Program-made: the position numbers and the translations under genes
Notes under the pieces: model-generated
The model's input: the letters and a program-made list of their open reading frames with translations, nothing else
Databases searched by the model: none
What the model was told of the DNA's origin: nothing
Source: an uncultured Alphaproteobacteria bacterium
GTDB taxonomy: Bacteria > Pseudomonadota > Alphaproteobacteria > Rhizobiales > CAWCWK01
Length of the DNA: 64,000 nucleotides
NCBI GenBank assembly: GCA_963842125.1
Contig: CAWJFE010000001.1
Span: 554,924-618,923, forward strand
Direction: 5' to 3'
In this document: positions 42,301 to 50,534 of the stretch, piece by piece
Layout: each line of letters begins with the position of its first letter
How positions within the stretch are numbered: position 1 is the first letter of the stretch

Positions 42301-42816
42301 CACGGCGTCGGCGAGATCGGAGAGCCGCTTGATGGCCTCGGGCGGCAGAGCCGGCATCGGGCCCGTCCAGTTGGCGGGCAGGACGTCGATATAGAGCTCG
42401 TCGCCGGCCCGAACGGTGTTGATGCGGAAATCGCGCGTGAGGGCGAGGCGGATGCCGCGCCCGTCGGGGTCGAGCCGCGCGGCGCTGACGGCGCGCGGAA
42501 TGGCGGCCGGGATGTCGGAGAGATCGACGTCGATCGCCTTCTCGAGATCGATGAAGACGAGGCCATCGTTGATCTCGGTGCGGGGCGGCGAGACGGCGGC
42601 GTCGCGGATGACGATGCGGGCGTAGCCGTTCTCGTAGGACGCCTTGACGCCGGCCTGGGCCGCCGCGGCGGCCGTGGCCAGCCCGACGAGGGCGAGCCCG
42701 ACCACACGGGCGGCGCGCCGCAATCCATCGCCCGGCCGCTGCCGAAGACCCTGACCGTCGCTAGCCCTGAATACCACGAGCCGTTCCCCTCTCCACGGCG
42801 ACGCGCATGGGCGCAT
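39373..42816 (-). CDS. large secreted protein: N-terminal repeated beta-rich modules plus C-terminal TPR-like helical repeats, flagellar-cluster associated, function unknown
   Basis: Signal-like RRAARVVGLALVGLATAAAAAQA. Three roughly 100-aa modules ending in ..IDV(L/T)P. The C-terminal 600 aa or so is rich in A/L/R helical repeats. Start uncertain (ATG 42816 or TTG 42723). Confidence 0.7.
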   Translation of the reverse strand: MRPCASPWRGERLVVFRASDGQGLRQRPGDGLRRAARVVGLALVGLATAAAAAQAGVKASYENGYARIVIRDAAVSPPRTEINDGLVFIDLEKAIDVDLSDIPAAIPRAVSAARLDPDGRGIRLALTRDFRINTVRAGDELYIDVLPANWTGPMPALPPEAIKRLSDLADAVLVRRDGALPEVDFRYGIHPTFARLAFIWEGAVSAEMNRDDDQIEVVFSAGGTIDLTALKQRMPEELQQVRAGQRDGKLVVQIDVLPSVPVRGFWDESAYVIDVTTAPSSTLDQLNIAPRAALPATLSPPAPERTSAVARRAPPPPPGLDETATRTVRDVRLAPRPAPADELDIVVTPPGEDLALTFAFEAPTPAAVFDRGDDVWAVFGSERAIDIDALREIVVGRVAGLDLARIGDVQVLRFSRPEGRVAELIADGTEWTLSLAGSADGVARTIAPLRTREASKAGLVDFPIDGPLVTRDIDLPGIGRVSLALASAGPQGMPVEQSYVEFDVLRSAQGLAVVPKVDGLRLVKTDEGVRATLDGGLQLTQARRAFDLLADDRLRGAPKPRVLFAPTTVVADTDRAGELMRRAAATENPARRSDLRMTLAEHYVSHLFAPEALSVLSAIEQDDESLPGTSRFQLLKGVANTLLGRTPMARAALGSPDLIDDPEARLWLSLADVQDGQWRKADRAFRDGSAILHAYPPTLQARFRLAAARAALERNDVSTAGEQLERLVVAELDQGQLNERALLIGRFSQIVGRAEDAEKAYAVVEAEGERPRSYEAQVRLTDLRVANGDMSLEDGIQRLRALSIGWRGDSTEIHALNRLSALELEAGNHREAFRALRQAVLSRPDLEEVEQIQDAMGEAFAQLFLEGEADTMPAVEALSLYYDFNDLTPVGSRGDEMIRRLADRLISVDLLPKAAELLQYQIDNRLRGAARAQVAAKLALVQLMDGRPSAALTTLSRTRQAALPGMIDEDRRLLEARALLQTGRVDFALETLSVLEGPRADRLRATALWEAERWQEAGEEMERIIGRAWESTPPLTETQRRYALRAAIAYTLAGDAVALDRLRGNLAPRMAGTADEAAFTIVSQPVGESSVAFAGVAGRVARSDDLDAFLDEYRTRYFGEPEAPAAPEIGTREVGPLETLDVAMNDG

Positions 42817-42941
42817 CGTCCGATCCCGGGGGACAGGTTAGGCAATCGCCGTTAACCGAGGCTTAGCCGGGCCGTCCCCCGGTGGGTGGGGCGTGGACGA
42901 GGACGAGGCTGCACGAGAACGAGGCGGGGCCGCCTGACGCT

Positions 42942-43919
42942 TCAGCGCGGCATCTCGCCCTGGATCACCGGCAGGTTGGCCGGCACGCTCGGCTTGAGGC
43001 CGGCGGCGGGGGCGGAGCGCGCCCCGGCAAGACGCACGGTGAGGCGGGTAGCGGGCTTGGCGTCCATCTCGCCCATCACGTCGGCGAGCTTGCGCGGGTT
43101 CATCCGCCGCGCGACCGCCTCCAGGACCTCCATGTCGAGTTCGGCGAGGATGCGGGCGGCCTCCTTGGCCTTCATGGCTTCGTACATGGTCACGATGCGG
43201 TCCATGTCGGCATCGGGCGCGGGTGCGCCATCGACACCGACCGAGCCGTTCTCCGCACGCAACTCCATCGCGCGCAACGACCCGATCTGCTCCTCGATCC
43301 GCGTCTCGGCGGCCTTGAGGAGCGATTCGCGCATGTCGAGCTCGCGCTCGCGCTCGGTGAGGAGGCGCCGCCGGTCGGCGATGCGCTCGCCGAGCACCGT
43401 CTCTGTCGGCACGACGTCGAGGGGGCTGGTCGGCGTCTGCTCGGGCGTCTCGCGCCCGGCCGATTCGATGTAGATCTCGGTCTCTCCGGTGCGTGGCCCG
43501 TCCTTACGCAACACGGGCGGCTCCGGGCCCAGCATCGACTGGGCGAAGGCACCGTCGACGAGGGGCGCGCCGAGGAAGAGGTCGGCGCCCTTCAGCATCA
43601 GGAGGCAGGCGGCCGCCATCGCGACGGTGGTGAAGAGGCGGGGCGTGCGCGGCCGGGGCAGATTGGCGCGCGGCAGCCTGACGTCGCGCATGCTCGGCAT
43701 CGGAACCCTGGCGAGCGTCTCTGCGAGACCATCGATGGCCGAAGGCTTCGGTAATGGATCGGCGGCCGTCTGGGACGCCGGATCGGCCGATGCAGCTTGG
43801 AGTGACGGCTGGAGAGACGGCTGGCCGCCCTCCGTCGCAGACGGCGCATCGAGGGAGCGCGCCGAATCTTGCGGAGCGGCCGGGTTCTTGCTCGTTCGGG
43901 CCTGGGTCGCGGGGCGCAT
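42942..43919 (-). CDS. motE: MotE-like flagellar motor chaperone family protein (MgtE_N-like domain)
   Basis: Coiled coil LLTERERELDMRESLLKAAETRIEEQIGSL, then IVTMYEAMKAKEAARILAELDMEVLEAVARRMNPRKLADVMGEMDAKPA, as in the Sinorhizobium MotE family. Confidence 0.65.
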   Translation of the reverse strand: MRPATQARTSKNPAAPQDSARSLDAPSATEGGQPSLQPSLQAASADPASQTAADPLPKPSAIDGLAETLARVPMPSMRDVRLPRANLPRPRTPRLFTTVAMAAACLLMLKGADLFLGAPLVDGAFAQSMLGPEPPVLRKDGPRTGETEIYIESAGRETPEQTPTSPLDVVPTETVLGERIADRRRLLTERERELDMRESLLKAAETRIEEQIGSLRAMELRAENGSVGVDGAPAPDADMDRIVTMYEAMKAKEAARILAELDMEVLEAVARRMNPRKLADVMGEMDAKPATRLTVRLAGARSAPAAGLKPSVPANLPVIQGEMPR

Positions 43920-44008
43920 CGGGCAACTCCTAAGCGCGCCGGTTCAACCGGACGCGCATTGTGGGATGACTATCGGGGACGAGGGGCGGCGAATGGGGGC
44001 CGCCCGGA

Positions 44009-44425
44009 TCAGGCCGCGCGGTGGAAGGGGGCGGCGTGGACGGTACCCGCCTCGTCGTCGAGCGGACCGCGGCCGAGACCGACGTCCCTGCCCATGTCCC
44101 GTCCGTCCTGCATCGCCTTGGTGATCTGCGTGATGCGGTTGAGCACCGTCTCGCCCTGCGCGAGTTGCTCGCCGAGCTTGCCGGTCACGTGGTCGGCCTC
44201 GTCGAGCCGCTTGGCCAGCCCGTGCTCGACCTGGACGGCGCTCGCCTTCAGGCCGGCGAGCGCGCGCTCGGCATGGTTGGTCGCCGCCACCAGGTTCTCC
44301 ATCGTGCGGCGCAGCTCGCCGCCATCGACGCGCAGACGGCGCAACTGCCGGTTCAGCAGCACGCAATAGCCGATCGTCGCCGCCAGAAGGCCCGCCACGA
44401 TGAGTTCGATCGCCAGGTTCAACAT
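44009..44425 (-). CDS. small single-pass membrane coiled-coil protein in the flagellar operon (possibly DUF6468-like)
   Basis: MLNLAIELIVAGLLAATIGYCVLLNRQL TM helix, then a heptad-like region. 138 aa. Lies between fliM and motE on the same strand. Confidence 0.6.
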   Translation of the reverse strand: MLNLAIELIVAGLLAATIGYCVLLNRQLRRLRVDGGELRRTMENLVAATNHAERALAGLKASAVQVEHGLAKRLDEADHVTGKLGEQLAQGETVLNRITQITKAMQDGRDMGRDVGLGRGPLDDEAGTVHAAPFHRAA

Positions 44426-44490
44426 CGCTTCAATCCCCCAAAAAACACGTCTCGCCCCCGCTCGGGCGCCATTGTCGTCAACCGCTCGGC

Positions 44491-45621
44491 TCAACCGTCC
44501 TGAATGGCCCGGGCAGGCCGGCGGCGCAGCGGCTGGGCCGCCCGCACCGCGATCTTCTCGCCCGCGCGGCCCATCTGGGCCTGCCCGAGCTTGATGCCCC
44601 CGGCGCGCATCTCGATGAGATCGTCGGGCGTAACGTCGAGCATCAGCGTGTCGCCGATATCCATCGCCATCACGTCGCGCAGCGCCATCGCCTTGGTGGC
44701 CAGCACCGCCTCCACGTCGAGCTCGGACAGCGCGACCTGGGTCGCCAGATGGCGCTCCCAATCGTTGTCGCGCCCGAAGGTCTCGCCCATGAAGACCTGG
44801 AGGAGCTGCTCGCGGATCGGCTCGATGGTGGTATAGGGCAGCAGCATCTCCAGCCGCCCGCCCCGCGATTCCATGTCGATCTTGAACTCGATGAGAACGG
44901 CGGCATTGGCGTTGCGCGTGATGGCGGCGAAGCGCGGATTGCTCTCGTTCCGGTCGATCTCGAACTGCACCTCGGTCAGCGGCGCGAAGGCCTTGGTCAT
45001 GTCGGCGAGGACGAGCTCGGTCATCCGCGAGACGAGCGTCATCTCGATCGTCGTGTAGGGCCGCCCGTCCATGCGCGGCACGCTCGCGCCCCGCTTGCCG
45101 CCCAAGAGCACGTCGACGAGCGCGTAGATGAGGTCGCCCGACACGTTGATGAGACCGTAATTGTCCCACTCCACGGCCTTGAATATCGTCAGCACCGCCG
45201 GCAGCGGCACCGCGTCCATGTACTCGCCGAAGCGGACCGAGGAGATGTTGTCGATCGTCACCTCGACCGTGTCGCCGGTAAAGCTCCTGAGGCTCGTCGT
45301 CGTCAGCCGGACCAGCCGGTCGAAGACGACCTCCAGCATCGGCAACCGCTCGTAGGAGACCATCTGATTGTCGATGATCGCCTGAACGCCGGTGCGCGCC
45401 GTGCGGGCGCTGGCCTCGTCGGTGAACCCGAGAAGGTTGTCGATCTCCTCCTGGCTCAGCACCCGGTTGAGGCCGGAGCGCCCCGAATCGGGCGCGGCGG
45501 CGGCGATGGCGTCGGCCTCCTCCTCCGCCGACATCGTGGTCGGGTCCTCGCCCATGGCGGCGAGCATGTCCAGGTAGTCCTGGTCCATCTCGGTTCCGGC
45601 AGCGCCCGTCTGTTCCGTCAT
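44491..45621 (-). CDS. fliM: flagellar motor switch protein FliM
   Basis: VLSQEEIDNLLGF N-terminal CheY-binding-type motif. Central FliM domain and C-terminal SpoA-like region (LMLDVTPDDLIEMRAGGIKLGQAQMGR). Confidence 0.9.
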   Translation of the reverse strand: MTEQTGAAGTEMDQDYLDMLAAMGEDPTTMSAEEEADAIAAAAPDSGRSGLNRVLSQEEIDNLLGFTDEASARTARTGVQAIIDNQMVSYERLPMLEVVFDRLVRLTTTSLRSFTGDTVEVTIDNISSVRFGEYMDAVPLPAVLTIFKAVEWDNYGLINVSGDLIYALVDVLLGGKRGASVPRMDGRPYTTIEMTLVSRMTELVLADMTKAFAPLTEVQFEIDRNESNPRFAAITRNANAAVLIEFKIDMESRGGRLEMLLPYTTIEPIREQLLQVFMGETFGRDNDWERHLATQVALSELDVEAVLATKAMALRDVMAMDIGDTLMLDVTPDDLIEMRAGGIKLGQAQMGRAGEKIAVRAAQPLRRRPARAIQDG

Positions 45622-45636
45622 GGGTCTGTCCTTTAG

Positions 45637-45786
45637 TCGCTCGCGCCGCGGGGCTGGTTAGTCGCTCGCGCCGCGGGAGTTCGTTTCGCTCGCGCCGCGG
45701 GGCTGGTTAGTCGCTCGCGCCGCGGGAGTTCGTTTCGCTCGCGCCGCAGGGCTGTATCTTGCTCGCGCCGCAGGGCTGGGGCTACC
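45637..45786. repeat. tandem repeat array, six units of 24-26 bp with conserved core GCTCGCGCCGC(G/A)GGG, in the fliL-fliM spacer
   Basis: The units alternate A(25)-B(24)-A-B, an exact 49-bp duplication at 45637-45734, followed by two diverged units. Read directly from the sequence. Confidence 0.9.
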
Positions 45787-45821
45787 GGTCCCCGCCGCGA
45801 GGCGGGCCGTGGCGCAGGGCG

Positions 45822-46310
45822 CTATTGGATGATGAGTTCCTGGAAGAGAACGTCGTCGATCTCCTCGGGCGCGATGGCGATGTTGATGCGCCGCGTCAGC
45901 TCCTCGCGCAGCCGGTAGAGGCCGGCCGAGCCCGAAAGGTCCTCGGTGCGCATCTCCCGCAGGTAGACCTGGAACGTGTCGATGATGCGCGGCAGATGCG
46001 GCTCGACCATCTGGACGATGCCCCGGTTGGCGACCTGCAGCGTCACGCGCAGCTTCAGATAGCGCACCGTGGCGTTGGTCGTAGCGAGGTTCACCGTGAT
46101 CTCGGGAAGGTCGTAATAGGTCATCTGGTCGCCTTGCGGCGTCTCGACCGTGCGTGCGCCCGACAGGAACATGCCCGAGGCGTAGCCATAGGCGCCGGCG
46201 GCACCGACCAACATCACCAGCGCACCCGCGATCACGATCCAGATGGGCACGCCCTTGCGGGCGGGCGGACCCTCCAGCGCAGCCTGGTCTACCGTCGTCT
46301 CCATCGACAT
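45822..46310 (-). CDS. fliL: flagellar basal body-associated protein FliL
   Basis: Single TM PIWIVIAGALVMLVGAAG, then YYDLPEITVNLATTNATVRYLKLRVTLQV, typical of FliL. AGGAG precedes the ATG. Confidence 0.85.
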   Translation of the reverse strand: MSMETTVDQAALEGPPARKGVPIWIVIAGALVMLVGAAGAYGYASGMFLSGARTVETPQGDQMTYYDLPEITVNLATTNATVRYLKLRVTLQVANRGIVQMVEPHLPRIIDTFQVYLREMRTEDLSGSAGLYRLREELTRRINIAIAPEEIDDVLFQELIIQ

Positions 46311-46451
46311 CGCTCAACTCCTGCCTGATCGGACGACCGGGTCGCATCCCGGGTCCGGCGTCTCGCATCTCGGGCGGGAGGATCCGTCATCTCGCAGCGC
46401 GGAACCTGTGGTCCCGCAACCCCGGAGACGGCGTTCCCCCAGCGCCTCGTG

Positions 46452-46521
46452 GTTAACGAATAGGTCGCCAGGGTTAACGAAGCGTTTCGCGCGGCAGATT
46501 GTGCCGGGCAAAAGATGCCGG
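46452..46521. promoter_or_regulatory. candidate flagellar cis-regulatory module upstream of fliL: GGTTAACGAA-N11-GGTTAACGAA plus GGCA-N5-TGCC dyad
   Basis: GTTAACG at 46452-58 and 46473-79 (21 bp apart), 142 bp from the fliL ATG. CCGGGCAAAAGATGCCGG at 46504-21. Mirrors 36764-36825. Confidence 0.45.
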
Positions 46522-46905
46522 CGTGATGGAAGCGCTTGCGGAGTGCCGGTAGGAAGCGCTGGAAGCGGGCGTCGGCGCAGACGAGATCCGCCTCGACGCG
46601 ATACGGCGCGGTCGGAAGCTTTCCAGGCCGGCCGAGGTCCGTCTTCCTCGCGATGCCTGCCGATACAGACCCGTCTCCGGGTCCGCGCCAGGATGCTCGG
46701 ATGCCGACATCGTCTCATTTTGGGCGTGTTCTGGATGTGGCCGGGCCATTGCAGGGCCATTCTGGCACATGCGAAGACGGGCACGGCATGATGAGCGCAA
46801 TGCGGGCGTGATAACGCAAGCGGCGATGGTGGACCCGGCTCTCTCGCGATCGGCCGCCCGTCAGACAGACACGGGACGAGCGGTCCTATCGGACAGGAAG
46901 GAACG

Positions 46906-47253
46906 ATGATGAAGACGACGATCCTGGCAGCGGCGATGGTGCTCGCGATCACCACGGGCGCCTTGGCGCATTCGACGCAGGAGACGACCGTGCCGATGGA
47001 TGGGGCGGACGTCCGGGAGGTGACCGAACTCGTGCTGCGGTTCGACCAGCCCATGCGCATCACCCGCATCGCCCTGTCGGGCTCGGATGGCGAGATCGGC
47101 CTGTCGTCCGACATGGGCACCAACGCGGTGACCGAGTACGTCGCGACGCCCGAGGGCGCGGTCGCGCCAGGTGAATACGAGGTCGAATGGCGCGGTCTCT
47201 CCGCAGACGGCCACCCGATGCAGGGCGGCTATTCCTTCACGGTCGGCCGGTAG
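46906..47253 (+). CDS. copC: copper resistance protein CopC (periplasmic copper-binding)
   Basis: Signal peptide ending ALA/HS (mature N-terminal His). YEVEWRGLSADGHPMQGGYSFTV is the CopC C-terminal motif. Confidence 0.8.
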   Translation: MMKTTILAAAMVLAITTGALAHSTQETTVPMDGADVREVTELVLRFDQPMRITRIALSGSDGEIGLSSDMGTNAVTEYVATPEGAVAPGEYEVEWRGLSADGHPMQGGYSFTVGR

Positions 47254-47265
47254 CGAGGGCGGCAC

Positions 47266-48150
47266 GTGCTCAAGCTGGACGGTCTCGCGCCGATCGACGG
47301 CTGGGTCGCGGCCGCGATCCTCGCCAAGGCGATCGGCTACGCCGCCGCGTTCCTGGCGATGGGCGGTCCCCTCTTCCTCCTCGCCTTGCCCCGAGCGAAT
47401 GCGCGAACGCGTCTCTTCGTGCGGCGGATGACGGCGGCGGCGGCCGTTGCGGCGGCCATCGTGATGGCCCTGCGCCTCGACATCAGGGCCGGACGGATCT
47501 CCGGCATGGGCGTGGAGGGTATGCTCGACCCCATCATGATCGGCATCGTCTGGGAGAGCCCGATGGGCGACAGCCTCCTCGTGCGCGGGTTTGGCCTCAT
47601 CCTCGCTCTGGCGGTTTTCGTATCGAGGGCTTGGGGCCTGGCCCTCGCGCTCGTCGGTTCGGTGCTGATCGCCGTCTCCTACGCCCAGGTCGGACACGCG
47701 CTCGGCGAGCCCCGCCGGGCCTTGGCGACCCTCTTGACCGTTCACCTGCTGGCCGCCGCCTATTGGATCGCGGCGCTCGAACCCTTGCGACGCGGCGCGA
47801 GCCTGCCGGGCGCCGCCGTTCTCCACCGGTTCGGGCGCATCGCGGCCGTCACGGTCGGCGTTCTGGTGATCGCCGGCGGCACGCTCGCCTACCTCCTCGT
47901 CGGCGATCTCGAGGGCCTCGTCGGAACGGCCTATGGCTGGACCCTGCTCGCCAAGGTCTCCGTCGTCACGTTCCTCCTCGGCCTCGCGGCGCTGAACAAG
48001 CTCCGACTCGTGCCCGCGATCGCGAGGGGGGACCGCGACGCGCCCCTCCGCCTTCGCCGCTCGATCGCGTGGGAGATGGCCGCCGTCGCCGCCATCCTCC
48101 TCGCGACGGCGACGCTCACCTCGATCACGACACCCCCTTCGAATCTCTAG
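47266..48150 (+). CDS. copD: copper resistance protein CopD family membrane protein
   Basis: 294 aa, about 8 TM segments, directly downstream of copC. GTG start after GAGGG. Confidence 0.75.
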   Translation: MLKLDGLAPIDGWVAAAILAKAIGYAAAFLAMGGPLFLLALPRANARTRLFVRRMTAAAAVAAAIVMALRLDIRAGRISGMGVEGMLDPIMIGIVWESPMGDSLLVRGFGLILALAVFVSRAWGLALALVGSVLIAVSYAQVGHALGEPRRALATLLTVHLLAAAYWIAALEPLRRGASLPGAAVLHRFGRIAAVTVGVLVIAGGTLAYLLVGDLEGLVGTAYGWTLLAKVSVVTFLLGLAALNKLRLVPAIARGDRDAPLRLRRSIAWEMAAVAAILLATATLTSITTPPSNL

Positions 48151-48234
48151 ACGAGAGTCGTCAGGTCCCATGCCCGGTCCCGACCACGTGGCGGCGCCTT
48201 CACATCCGCCCCGCGTTCCGCCACTCTCCGGCGC

Positions 48235-50534
48235 ATGACAGAGACCCGCGCCGCCGAATCGCTCGAGACCGACAACGAAGGCGAGGTCTCGGCCGCCGTG
48301 CGGAGCTTTTCCGGCCGCTTCGGGCAGGCCTTCGCGATCCTGTGCATCGCGCTCTCGGTCTTCGCGATCGTCGCCAACATCTACGGCCGCGTCTCGACGC
48401 TCTGGCTGGTCGGCATCCATTTCGCCGGCTTCGCGCTCCTCTGCGCGCTGCGCTATCCCTTCCGGATCGGCCGCTGGACGGCGCCCCTCTGGCTCGACGG
48501 CCTGATCGGCCTCGCCATCGCCGGCGCCACGCTCTTCATCATCGGCTCGGAGAACGCGATCTACGCCCAGGGCGTGCGCCTCGACGGCCCCCAATGGGTC
48601 GCCGCCATCGTCACCATTCTGGGCGCCATCGAGCTGACGCGGCGCACGACGGGGTGGATCATCCCGGTCCTCATCATCCTCAGCCTCGCCTATGTGGCCT
48701 TTCTCGGCGCCATGATCCCTGGCGTCTTCCGCTTCGCGGGCCTCTCGGTCGAGACGGTCGTCTTCCGCTCCATCTTCGCCGACGAGGGCATGTTCGGCAC
48801 GATCGGGCGCATCTCGGCGACCTTCGTCTTCATGTTCATCATCTTCGGCGCCTTTCTGGTGCGCTCTGGCGCGGGCGACTTCATCATCGATCTCGCGCGC
48901 TCGGTCGCCGGCAAGCTCGTCGGCGGGCCGGGCTTCGTCGCCGTCTTCTCGTCGGGGCTGACGGGCACGATCTCGGGTCCGCCGTCGCCAACACGGTCTC
49001 GACCGGCGTCATCACCATCCCGCTGATGAAGAAGTCGGGCTTTCCGCCTAAATTCGCCGCCGGCGTCGAGGCGGCGTCCAGCACGGGCGGGCAGCTGATG
49101 CCGCCCATCATGGGTGCGGGCGCCTTCGTGATGGCCTCCAACACGCAGATCCCCTATCTCGACATCGTCGCCGTCGCGACGCTGCCGGCCATCCTCTACT
49201 TCCTCTCCGTCGCCTTCTTCGTGCGCATCGAGGCCAAGAAGCACGACATTCGCGGAATGGACGACGACGAGCCGCGCCGCTCGATCGACGTCCTCAAGGA
49301 GGGCGGGCCGTCCTTCCTCATCCCCATCGCGGTGCTGATCTACCTCCTCATCGACGGCTATACGCCGGTATACGCGGCCGGCTTCGCGATCCTCTCGGTC
49401 ATCGTGGCGAGCTGGATCTCGGGCCTGTCGAGCCATCCGCCCGATCGGCAGGAGCTCTTCGCGCGCATGATCCCGTCCATCGCGCTGCCGCTCGTCGCGC
49501 TCGCTGCGGTGGCCCTCGCCGAGGCCGAGCCTCTCCTCGGTCTCGGCCTCGTCGTCGGCGCGACGCTTCTCGGCGCCGTCTGGTCACGGCGCGGCATGAA
49601 CCTGCGCGCCATCTACGAGGCGCTGGTCCTCGGTGCCAACAACATGATCATGACGGCCGTCCTCCTCATCGCGGTCGGCCTCATCGTCAACGTCATCGCC
49701 ATGACGGGCATCGGCAACACGTTCAGCCTCATGATCTCGGGCTGGGCGGACGGGAACCTCCTCATCGCCATCGTCCTGATCGCGCTGGCGAGCCTCGTCC
49801 TCGGCATGGGCCTGCCGGTGACGGCGGCCTATATCGTGCTCGCCACGCTCTCCGCGCCGGCGCTCCAGGCGCTCATCCAGAACTCGGCGCTCATCGACAT
49901 GATCGCGTCCGGCACGCTGCCCGAGGCCGCGCGCGCACCCTTCATGCTGGCCGACCCGGCCGCCCTCACCGCGCTCGCGGCGCCGATGGACGCCGCCGCC
50001 GCCCGCGCGCTCGTCCTCGCAGCCCCGCCCGAGATCTTAGGCCTCGTCTACCCGTCCGCGCTCGATGCGGCCTCCGTGACGGCGGCGCTTCTCTCGGCGC
50101 ACATGATCATCTTCTGGCTGAGCCAGGATTCCAACGTCACGCCGCCCGTCTGCCTCACGGCCTTCGCCGCAGCCGCCATCGCCAAGACGCCGCAGATGGC
50201 GACCGGCGTCATGGCCTGGAAGCTCGCCAAGGGGCTCTATATCGTGCCCGTCCTCTTCGCCTACACGCCGTTCCTGTCGGGCGATCCGATCACGATCCTC
50301 CTCATCTTCGGCAAGGGCGTGGTGGGCGTCTACGCGCTGAGCGCCTTTCTGGAGGGCCATATGGAGGCGCCGCTCAACTGGGGGCTGCGCATCGTGGCCG
50401 GCGTGGCCGGCGTGGGCGCGCTCTGGCCGCAGGCGGCCCTCGTCAACATCGCCGCCGTCATCGTCACCCTCGCCCTCCTCGCCCTGACGGTCCGGGCCGA
50501 CCGGGCGCGGATGGGGGCGCAGGCGCCCGCTTGA
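48235..50534 (+). pseudogene. TRAP transporter fused (DctQ-DctM type) permease, frame broken by a 1-nt deletion near 48977 (or sequencing error)
   Basis: Frame 1 (…FSSGLTGTISG) stops at 49026. Frame 0 continues with SAVANTVSTGVITIPLMKKSGFPPKFAAGVEAASSTGGQLMPPIMGAGAF… to 50534. Adding one G to the run at 48975-77 restores ISGSAVAN. Confidence 0.8.

Noticed and set aside
45637-45786. Possible CRISPR array in the fliL-fliM spacer
   Set aside because: The units are contiguous 24-26-bp repeats with no unique spacers, since the inter-core segments are themselves duplicated. No cas genes are nearby. I called it a tandem repeat instead.
46755-46775. Sigma-54 promoter at cTGGCACatgcgaaga, and at the GGCA-N5-TGCC dyads
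   Set aside because: No TTGC or GC element sits at the required GG-N10-GC spacing after TGGCAC. The dyads have GG-N8-GC spacing, 2 nt too short.
46314-47123. ORFs of 269 aa (-) and 182 aa (+) in the fliL-copC spacer
   Set aside because: No RBS-supported start. The composition is dominated by Arg, Pro and Ser, with no recognisable domain. The minus-strand ORF runs antisense into copC.
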